DNA of 64,000 nucleotides from Squalus acanthias. Taxonomy: Eukaryota. Each line of letters starts with the position of its first letter. The first letter of the stretch is position 1. The DNA lies in NCBI GenBank assembly GCA_030390025.1, contig CM059433.1, positions 11,596,001-11,660,000 of the forward strand, in the 5' to 3' direction. Shown one piece after another: positions 25,986 to 35,609 of the stretch. Both the position numbers and the translations under genes were made by a program. Below the pieces are notes generated by a model, which was not told the DNA's origin, searched no databases, and was given only the letters and a program-made list of their open reading frames with translations.

Positions 25986-26620
25986 GGGCTGGATTTTCAT
26001 TGACCCGTGGAGTCGGGTTTGGAGGCGTGTGGGGGGTTAAAGTTGCAGATTCGGGGGTCCAGACCCATCCCGCCCCCAACCCGCCTCCATGCCAGTTTCG
26101 CTGGCGGCTGGTACCCAACCTGTGCTGGGACCCGACTCCCCGAGGCGGGAAGGGATTAGTGACAATTAACTGCCTGTTAACAGGTAGTTAACAGGCAGTT
26201 TTTTGCCTAATCCCTATTTTGAAAGGTGAAATGTGGGCTTCCCGACAGGTGCCAACCACGCCAAGTTATCGGGGCGGACCGTGGGTCTGCAGGGGTTGGA
26301 GGGGTCGATATGTCCGGTGGGCAGGTGAGTGATGGGTGCATGTGTGCAGAGGTAAGTGTGTAAGGTAAGTGCAAAGTGTGGGGAAAAGTTTTACTTACCT
26401 TAACTTCCTCCTGCAGGTGTCAGCCCTTCAGTTCTCGGGAGTCAGAAATCTCACCGGCACAGAAAGCAGAAAGACCGTGGTGCTGTCAAAAACTGCAGCC
26501 TTCTGCTTTCTGTGCTGGAATGATTTCTAACTCAGCCTGAGAGGAAGGACTCAAGTTAGAAGACAAATTGTCAGTGTTTGACAGCTTCACAGAGCTGATA
26601 TTTGTGGCTAGGCAACAGAA
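25986..26620. mobile_element. Truncated Harbinger-like MITE related to 36056-36866
   Basis: Starts gggctggatttt; shares tgtcagtgtttgacagcttcacagagctga with the 36056 element. Confidence 0.55.
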
Positions 26621-26829
26621 AGCGATGAGTGGGGGATTAATGGGATTTTTTTGGATTGGAGAGTTATGGATGAGCCCCAGGGATTTCTGCTGGGACCCCC
26701 TTGTTTTCCATCCATATGTTAAAAATTGTATATGTTTGCATGCTTCCTGTCAACTTACCATTATAAATTCCAATGTACACATTTATAATTGGAAACTGCT
26801 AATGTACAGCCTCCCACCAGTGGAGGCGC

Positions 26830-28100
26830 TGCATAGAATCATAGAAAGTTACAGCACGGAAGGAGGCCATTTCGGCCCATCGTGTCCACGCCGGCCAACA
26901 AAGAGCTATCCAGCCTAATCCCACTTCCCAGCTCTTGGTCTGTAGCCCTGCAGGTTAGAGCATCCCAAGTACACATTCAAGTACTTTTTCAATGTGGTTA
27001 GGGTTCCTGCCTCTGCCAGCCTTTCAGGCAGTGAGTTCCAGACCCCTACAACCCTCTGGGTGAAGAAATTTCCCCTCAAATTGTCTCGAAACCTTCCCCC
27101 AATTACTTTAAATCTGTGCCCCCTGGTTTTTGACCCCTCTGCTAAGGGAAATAGGTCCTTTCTATCCACTTTATCTATGCCCCTCATAATTTTATACACC
27201 TCAATAAGTTCTCCCCTCAGCCTCTTCTGTTCCAAGGAAAACAGACCCACCTATCCAGTCTTTCCTCATAGCTAAGGGAACAAGGAAATGGCAGATCAAT
27301 TGAACAAGTACTTTGGTTCGGTGTTTACTGTGGAGGACACACACAACCTGCCGGAAATAAAAGGGTCAGAGGATCTGGTAAGAGGGAGGAGCTGAGGGAA
27401 TCCTTATTAGTCGGGAAAAGGTATTGGGGAAATTGATGGGACTGAAGGCTGAAAAATCCCGGGACCTGATGGTCTGCATCCCAGAGTACTTAAGGAGGTG
27501 GCCTTGGAAATAGTGGATGCATTGACGATCATTTTCCAACATTCCTTAGACTCTGGATCAGTTCCGATGGAGTGGAGGGTGGCCAATGTAACCCTCTTTT
27601 TAAAAAAGGAGGGAGGGAGAAAGCAGGGAATTATAGACCGTCAGCTGACATCGGTCGTGGGTAAAATGATGGAAGCAATTATTAAAGAAGTCAGCCCTAT
27701 GCCCCCTAGTTCTAGATTCCCCCACGAGGGGAAACATCCTCTCTGCATCTACCTTGTCGAGCCCCCTCAGTATCTTATATGTTTCAATAAGATCACCTCT
27801 CATTCTTCTAAATTCCAATGAGTATAGGCCCAGCCTGCTCAACCTTTCCTCATAAGTCAACCCCCTCATCTCAGGAATCAACCGAGTGAATCGTCTCTGA
27901 ACCGCCTCCAATGCAAGTATATCCTTCCTTAAATAAGGAGACCAAAACTGTACGCAGTACTCCAGATGTGGTCTCACCAATACCCTGTACAGTTGTAGCA
28001 CGACTTCCCTGCTTTTATACTCCAACCCCCTTGCAATAAAGGCCAACATTCCATTTGCCTTTTTGATTACTTGCTGTACCTGCATGTTAACTTTTTGTGT
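26830..28100. mobile_element. Three abutting CR1 fragments (minus, plus, minus)
   Basis: RT C-terminal motifs on minus; ggacctgatggtctgcatcccagagtacttaaggaggtg (GPDGLHPRVLKEV) on plus. Confidence 0.85.
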
Positions 28101-28609
28101 TTCATGCACAAGGACCCCAACGTCAAAACCCCAAAACTGCCGAGGGAATTCCGTCTGGCACCTGCAGCTCGCGGCCAGGTTCAAATGAGGCCTGGGCCTT
28201 CGGAACTGCAGCAGGACCGGGCAAGCCGGCTGGCGCGCTCTGCTGGTCGGGCTGGCCCAAAAGCTGGATCTACCCGCTGCAATTTTCTCCGCACCTGGCC
28301 GTAAGGGCTTCACCCGCCAGAAACAAACGCCACCGCAAGTGTCATTTGAATTGATGTATTGAAAAACTCTGGGCACCTTGTGCTCAAATCCGTGACCGGC
28401 GCTCCGAGCAGGCAGAACTCTTCCGCCTGGGCACCAAAGAGGGAAAAACTGGGCTGTCCAATGTACCTTAAATCAATGAAGGCCATGAACAGGACGTGAC
28501 TCGACGTCATTGTCTGGTTCACAGATGTGATTTCCAGTCTAAAAAAAAAAGTAAAAAGCTTAACTGCAGACTGCAGCATTTGACACGTTGGACCCCCCTG
28601 TGACCCCAC

Positions 28610-28786
28610 CTCATTGTCTTAGCTGTACTCTGCTGTGTCTTTGATGTAATGCCTCCCTGACGGATTGTATCTCTGCAGACACATTGTTCTCTGTCTATAT
28701 ATACTTTGTAACCGATTTGTATTCCCTCACTGTACCTGACGAAGGAGCAGAGTTCCGAAAGCTCGTAATTTCAAATAAAACTGTTG
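28610..28786 (+). mobile_element. PLE-like family B repeat, split by the Harbinger and continuing at 33022-33050
   Basis: aaataaaactgTTG...TTGgactataacctggtgttgtgcga reconstitutes the sequence seen intact at 54864-54900. Confidence 0.8.
28733..28767 (+). ncRNA. Minimal hammerhead motif (family B)
   Basis: TAC-CTGACGA-A-GGAG cagag TTCC-GAAA-GCTC-GTA. Confidence 0.7.
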
Positions 28787-29143
28787 GGGGTAGAAATTAG
28801 GTCGCGCCCCATTTGGGGCGCAAATATCGTCCGCGCGCAAATATTAGCGCCTGGCGCTAATTATCGGCACTGACAGGAAACTTCACTTTTACCGCCCCGG
28901 GAGGTGAGTGGAGCGCTAAATTAGGCGCTGCACACCTCTCTTAAGGCGCAAAGGCCTAGGAGTGAGGCGCTAACTCAGCGCACGAGCGCAGCGCAGCTGC
29001 TGCCAGTTAGCGCGGGAACACAGACACACTGGCGCCGGACACTTCTTAAAGCGGGGGGGGCCACTTGCTCCCCAGCCACACCCTGCTCATTGCAGCCTTG
29101 AATCTCAGCCTGGAGAGACCTGTAATCCATTTTGCTGCCAAGA

Positions 29144-31053
29144 ATGGAGAGGGTGAGAGAACGCGCTCATCGCTTCACCGAGCGGGCCTTGGATGCTCTG
29201 GTTGACGCAGTGGAGCGCAGACGATGCATGCTGTTCCCAGAGAGTGGCAGGAGGCCTTTGCCACGCGAGTTCAGAAGAGTGTGGAGGGAGGTGGCTCAGA
29301 GCGTCTCCTCCAGGAGCATGGTGCCCAGGACCCATGTCCAGTGCCGCAAGAAGTTCAACGACCTCACTCGGGTCGTCAGGGTGAGTGGCTTTTTCTCAAT
29401 ACCTCTCCATCCCTCCATCTCAACCTCACTCTATGGCCAGAGGGTCTTAAAACCCCAATGCACAAAACTCATCCAACACCTATGGCCCTTTCATCAAACA
29501 CACACACACATTCCACACTTTGCATAAAGTAAGGGCTATTCACCTATGGGAGGCACATCAGGCAAGACCATGGCTGCATATTGTAAGGGCTATTCACCTA
29601 TGGGAGGCACATCAGGCAAGACCATGGCTGTATATTGACTCAGATGCTGTCCTTTTTCTTGCAGGCTAAGCTGGCTCATAATCGGAGACAGCAGCAACGG
29701 ACGGGTGGAGGGCGGCTTCAGCTGCAACCCCTCAGCGATCTGGAGGAGCGCGTCCACAGGATTGTGGCAAGCCGGGTGATCGGTCCCGTCGCCACTGGAG
29801 ACGCCGACCCCGTTGTGGACAGCAATGGTAAGGTCATCACCTTTTTGTCCTCTGTCCTTCCACTTGTCCCTCACAATACCAGCCTTTGACACTTTCAATC
29901 CAACTTGCTAACTCGCTGCACTTATTCCTCCCTTACTGCCACCCTGTCCTCACGCTAAAGCCACTCTTGTACCTCCCTGCTTTCAGATGGTGATTCACCA
30001 GCTGAGGAGATGGTCCCTGAAGCTGCCACTGGGAGTGATGCTGCAGCTGAGGAGGAAGAGGAAGCCGGAGCATCAGTGCCACCCTCTCCCGAGGAAGCCC
30101 ATGGCCACACTGGGAACACGCCTTCCCCGGAGGGGAGCAGGGGGGAAGGGGCTGATGATGGTGAAGTTCCAGGACCCAGCGGGCTGCAGCAACGCCATGG
30201 GGGGGGGAGGGAAGAACGGGGGAGCAGGGGGGAAGGGGCTGATGATGGTGAAGTTCCAGGACCCAGCGGGCTGCAGCAACGCCATGGGGGGGGGAGGGAA
30301 GAACGGGAGCCTTCTCCCCAGAGGGAGAGTATGCCAGACACTCCTAATGCAATGGACGCAGAGGAGGAGCGGATGATTGCAGAAATGAACAGCCAGGCGG
30401 TGGTCATGCACACTGAGCTCATGGGTGCAGTGGGAAGGGTGCCCGAATGCATTGAGGCACTGGCAAGGAGTGTGGAGCACTTCGCTGTAGCACAGGCGGA
30501 TGCCACACTAAAGCTTACTGCTGCAATTCAGTCACTGGCTGCCAGGAACCCATCTGAGCCTGCTCTCATGCAGACTCAGATTGAGGCCACGCGAGCACTG
30601 ACTGCTGCCATCCTCGATGGTTCGTGCACATGTCCCCGGGGCTGTCACCGCGCCGCAGCAGGCCAGCAATCTGTTCTCAGGCAAATTGCTCCGGATGCTG
30701 AAGTGCTGCCCCGTGGGAGTGCCAGTGTGTCGGGCGAGCAGGGAGTTGCTGTCCTCTCTCACGATGACAGCATTCCTGCTGCCAACACTGTCACTTCTCC
30801 ACTGCACTTGCCACCGCCTGTAGGACAGACTGCTGCCGCCCATGCAGAGTTGGTGCAGTCTGCAGCCGGGCCCTCCAGGCCCAGAAGTGGTCGAGGCCGG
30901 CCTTCAGGGGCATCTGCAGTGTCAGGGTCTGACAAGCAGCAGCCTTCCACCAGCCTTGCTGCAGCCACTGAGGTCCCATTACGGAGGAGCAGTAGGGTTA
31001 GAAGGGGGGAAGTGCGCAAGGGAAGGAGATCACCCTCGAAGGGCAAAAAGTAG
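29144..31053 (+). CDS. Harbinger Myb/SANT (trihelix, NAIF1/MSANTD-like) DNA-binding protein, 3 exons, 488 aa
   Basis: Exons 29144-29380, 29665-29827 and 29987-31053 with GT-AG introns (phase 0 and 1) join into an open frame of 1467 nt. Motifs RFTERALDALV...WREVAQSV...RTHVQCRKKFNDL and RTGGG; basic C-terminus. Confidence 0.88.
30133..30306 (+). repeat. In-frame 87-bp tandem duplication in Myb exon 3
   Basis: GSRGEGADDGEVPGPSGLQQRHGGGREER occurs twice. Confidence 0.95.
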
Positions 31054-31347
31054 GATGTGTGCCAAAATGCTGGTCATTTTTTTATTAAAGGCCGAGGTTC
31101 ATGGCCCAACTTTTGTTTAGTGTTTTGGACATTATCTCCAGGTTGTGAGAACCAGTTATGTTATTGACTGTTTTTTTGTGTTTATTTCTATGAGTTTGTC
31201 ATGAGGAATTGACACACACAGAGTTTGTACAATAAATAAGTTTCTGTATTCAAAATATACATGGCTGGTGGTTGGAATTATTGGTGCCTTGGCCGGCTTA
31301 GGGGTTGCGTGCTGGGTTGATTCGTGTTTGTAGCACTGGCAGGGGTC

Positions 31348-32493
31348 CTAGAAGCGGCTTGCTATTAGTCGTTGACGGACGGCCCTTGCAGTTTGACCAT
31401 TGTGGGCCGCCCTCCTGCCTTGGTGCTGCTGCTGATCATCGTCCTCGGCCTGTTCCTCCTCTTCCTCCTCCTCCTCTTGTGGTGCTGCAAGGCCTGGTGG
31501 CATTGGCTGCGTCCTGAGGATTGCCATGTTGTGCAACATGCAGCACACCACTACGAATTTGGAAACTTGCTCAGGCGAGTACTGCAGGGCTCCTCCGGAA
31601 TGGTCCAGACAGCGGAATCGTTGTTTGAGCACGCCGATTGTGCGCTCAATAATGTTCCTCGTTGCTTGTTGGCTTTCCTGGTACCGCAGCTCAGCAGGGG
31701 TGTTTGGCGCACGGAGCGGTGTCATCAGCCAGGTGCTCAATGCGTACCCCTTGTCCCCCAGAAGCCAACCAACTGGCTGATGCGGTGCCTCGAAAATTTC
31801 TGCCACAGTACTCTGGCGCAGGATGAAAGCATCGTGGCAGCTGCCCGGATAGTGGGCATTGACAGCGAGAATCACCTGTCTGTGGTCACAGACCAACTGC
31901 ACATTCAAGGAATGGAACCCCTTTCTGTTCCGGAACTCCTCTGCATTCTCTCGCGGAGCACGCAAAGCCACATGCGTGCAGTCAATGGCGCCCTGCACCA
32001 TGGGGAAGCCCGCTACCCTCGCAAAGCCCATAGCACGGTCATGCTGCTTGTCTGGGGTCATAGGGAAGGAGATGAAGTCTCGTCTCCTTGTGAAGAGGGC
32101 ATTGGTGACCTGCCGGATGCAGCGATGCACCGCAAACTGGGAGATATTGGCGAGGTCCCCAACAGCAGCTTGGAATGAGCCAGTGGCGTAGAAGTTCAAG
32201 GCCACTGTGACCTTCACTGCCACCGACAGAGACGTCCTGGACCTCAGCTGAGGCTGCAGATCTGGCTGCAGCAGGTGGCAGAGCTCAGTGACCACCTCCT
32301 TGCTGAATCGCAGCCTTCGCAAACACAGCTCCTCGGACATGTGGATGTAGGAGAGCTGTTCACGATATACCCTGGGAGGGTAAGCTCTCCTGTACATGCG
32401 CCTGATGGGCCTCCTCCGTCTGGCCATCATTGCCACTCTCTGTCTGCGTCTCACTCTGCTCCGATTGAGCTGGAGCAGGACGACGGCCCCCAA
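31348..32493 (-). CDS. Harbinger DDE transposase (HARBI1 family)
   Basis: GAIDCTHV, RNRKGFHSLNVQLVCD, PGSCHDAFIL, LLGDKGY and IERTIGVLKQRFRCL, with the triad intact. The track start is a TTG; the first in-frame ATG is at 32430 (360 aa). Confidence 0.95.
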   Translation of the reverse strand: MGAVVLLQLNRSRVRRRQRVAMMARRRRPIRRMYRRAYPPRVYREQLSYIHMSEELCLRRLRFSKEVVTELCHLLQPDLQPQLRSRTSLSVAVKVTVALNFYATGSFQAAVGDLANISQFAVHRCIRQVTNALFTRRRDFISFPMTPDKQHDRAMGFARVAGFPMVQGAIDCTHVALRAPRENAEEFRNRKGFHSLNVQLVCDHRQVILAVNAHYPGSCHDAFILRQSTVAEIFEAPHQPVGWLLGDKGYALSTWLMTPLRAPNTPAELRYQESQQATRNIIERTIGVLKQRFRCLDHSGGALQYSPEQVSKFVVVCCMLHNMAILRTQPMPPGLAAPQEEEEEEEEQAEDDDQQQHQGRRAAHNGQTARAVRQRLIASRF

Positions 32494-33464
32494 TCATTGC
32501 AGCCCCCATCTTCTCTTTGCCAGAAAAGTAATGAGGTACAGCAACGAAAGTAGCAGCAAAGTTAGGATGAACTAGGCAAAACTACCTCACAAAGCGTTGA
32601 GTCAATGTAGAAGTCTCTCTCTCTCTCTCTCCGAATCTCTCTCTCTCTCTCAGAACGAGTGGTGCATAAATGTCGACCACAGAAAAAGACAGGAAGAGGC
32701 CCCCTTTAAATAGCGCCCCCCCCAGCCCCAGACCGATTGATAACGTTCCAGTCTTCCGGTCGTTGGAAGCGCCAGGCGGTAAGGCAGGGGGCGCCACTCA
32801 ATTTCCGCTCCGGGGCGCCCCAAGGGCGTTGCACCACGGAATGACGTCACAATCTGCGCGCGCAGGTGGTCGCAGCGGTAAGTTTTAGCGCCGCCGCACA
32901 ATCTCAAGTTAAGTTCTCGAGCGGCGCAAACAGCGCTGCGCCCGGGCGTTAGCGCCTTAACGCCCCATTAGCGCCCATTTAAGGCGCTAACGGGAGGCGC
33001 AACCAACTGAATTTTTACCCCTTGGACTATAACCTGGTGTTGTGCGACTTTTCATTTAAATCAATGAAGGCATTGTTTAATCATTTATTTCCCCCTCCTC
33101 TACCAAAGCCACTGAGCCATTTTTTGAAGGCCAGTTTCACAACCATTGGCAGCTGTCTGGTACCTCGCCCACATGGTTAGTCTTCCTATGTAAGTGCTGA
33201 CTATTTAGGCAACAGTGCTAACCACTATGCCACCGTGTTGCCCGTGGCACCTTTTTATGCAAATTCTGAAGCCACGTAGCTGTACCTCACTATTCACTTT
33301 TCTTGCCGCGTGCTCCTGATCTATGTGATCTTTTCGATTACAATTTTGATTACAGTTAGACTGAAGTAACATAGAAGCCTGAGGAATTCTCACTCCCGAA
33401 GTTGGTCCAATTCAGACCACTAGGCTTCAATTCACACCAGTGAAGAACAAAGCTCACCTAACTA

Positions 33465-33700
33465 TGTCCACACAAGGTGTGGTCTGACCAGAGCACTATA
33501 CAGTTTGATCACGGCTTCCTCTGACTTGTAATCTATGGCTTTCAGTGCATAGATCAACATCCTATTGACTCTGTTGATTGCTGCTGTACGTCGGTTGGAC
33601 ATGTTGAGCATCAAGTCTACCAAGATTTCTAGATCTTTTTCAACTTCATCCTTAGCTACTCCAATGCCATTCACAGAGTACACGTGTAGCTCATTCATTA
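33465..33700 (-). mobile_element. Old CR1 fragment
   Basis: EKDLEILVD and KLYSALVRPHL. Confidence 0.7.
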
Positions 33701-34419
33701 TGTGACTTTATGTGCTGCACACAGAAAAATTAAGAATTGAATTACTAGAAATATTCTGCAAGAGTTTCCTATGTGGCAGATTTGGGAATAAAAGTAGTTT
33801 AGTGTGGCATCAGAAAGAATTATGATCGAACCGGAAATCAAGTGTATTTAAATTGGCAGCACTCTGCTGTAAGATTGAGAGCAGAGTAAAGGGTTTGCCT
33901 TGAATTAGGCGCAGCATTTATGAGGTGCTGATAAAGGCATCTGGTCATCAGGAGGCCAGTCAGATCATTTGAAAGAGTGTTGGCACAATTGAAGAGAGGC
34001 AAAATCACAAATCATACGACAAGTGCACTAGAATGGAAATTGTGGTATAATGAGGAGCATTTTAATGAGGATGGACTGTGATGCGCTGTGCCCACAAAGC
34101 AACACTACAGTATCATTGAATTACTGAACAATAAAACTACACAACACATTCCTATTGTAGTATAGAATCACCACAGTTAAACAACAAGTTTATAGTCCTA
34201 CTGAAATATCAGATTACTACACAATAAAAGTAGATAGAGTGATCAGCCAATCGAGTTGTAGGATTATTGTACATGCCTTTTGCAGTGTTGAAGGAAAGAA
34301 TTCCTCCAACTACAGTCTTAAGACCACTAAAGCTGGACCCTCTGCCCTCCCCGCTCTATCTCTTAGATTGGAAGCATAGGCAAGAGTGACATGGGACAAT
34401 TTGTCAGTAAAATTGCATT

Positions 34420-35460
34420 CAGCCTTCATTGCCCTGCTCAATGGGAGTGCCATCACTTGGTTCCACTCTTACCTGTACAATCAAAGCTGGGGCTTCTCCA
34501 GTAATAGCGTCTCATCCCAACCCTACAGCATTACCTCTGAAGTCCCCAAAGGATCTATCGTTGGCGCGCACCTAATCCTCATCTAAATGCTATCCCTTGG
34601 AGACTTCGCCTGAAGGCATGACATCAGGGTTCACATGTATGCTGACGATACCCCAGTTCCACCTCCTCTCTCAACCCTTCCATTGCCTTTGTGTTGTCAG
34701 ACTGCTTGTCTGACATCTATTCCTGGATGAGCCGCAATTTCCTCCAGTAAACCCATTCAGAAGAATTAAGCCAAAACTAAAGCAAAATACGGCGGATGCT
34801 GGAAACCTGAAATTACAACAGAAAATGCTGGAAATAATAGTCAGCAGGTCAGGCAGCATCTGTGGAGCGAGTAATAGAGTAACAGAGTTAACGTTTCAGG
34901 TGGATGACCTTTCGTCACAATGAAGAATCAAGCCATTGTCTTCGGCCACCGCCACAAACTCCATACCCTTGCCATCAATTTGATGCCCCTTCCAGGCCAC
35001 TGTCTCAGGTTTGACCAGACTGTGCGCAACCTCAGTGTACTGGTTGACCCCTAGCTGAGCATCTGACTCCTCCGCTCCATCACAAAGACCGCCTCCTTCC
35101 ACCTCCATAATATCGCCTGTCTCCGCCCCGCCTCAGCCCATCGGCTGCTGAAACCTTCATCTATTCCTTTGTCATCTCCAGACTCGACTATTCCAATGCT
35201 CTTTGGACCAGGCTCCCATCGTCCACCCTCCGTAAACTTCAACTCATCCAAAGCTCTGCCGCCCGTATCCTAACTCGCACCAAGTCCCACTCAACCATCA
35301 CCCCTGTGCTCGCTGTTCCCCCCATTGCCTCCAATTTAAAATTCTCATCTTCATGTTCAAATGCTTCCATGGCCTTGCCCCTCCTTTATCTCTGTAACCT
35401 CCTCTAGTCCTACAGGCCTCTGATAACTCTGTGGTCCTCCAACTCTGGCCTCTTTTACAC
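34420..35460 (+). mobile_element. L2 LINE fragment with nested PLE family A piece (about 34765-34920)
   Basis: WFHSYL, EVPKGSI, YADD (tatgctgacgat) and an L2 C-terminus homologous to 6335-6785. Confidence 0.8.
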
Positions 35461-35609
35461 TCCTAGCAGCCAGGATCAGATCCTACTGATTGCTGCTGGA
35501 GAGCAGTTGTCAGTGCGCCCTGAAGCACAAAGATCACCCTGGCTGGATGAAGTTACTCCTGTTGGCTCTTTTATCATCTTCCACTTCTCCAGGGATTCCC
35601 ACAGACCCT

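Larger units (their letters stand above)
28787..33021. mobile_element. Full-length PIF/Harbinger DNA transposon (4235 bp)
   Basis: TIRs ggggtagaaatt / aatttttacccc (11 of 12 match); 3-bp TSD TTG at 28784-28786 and 33022-33024; two convergent genes. Confidence 0.96.

Noticed and set aside
31372..32178. 268-aa plus-strand ORF
   Set aside because: Antisense shadow of the transposase with no motifs.
31348..32493. Domesticated HARBI1 host gene
   Set aside because: The ORF lies between TIRs and a TSD with its Myb partner, so it is a transposon copy.
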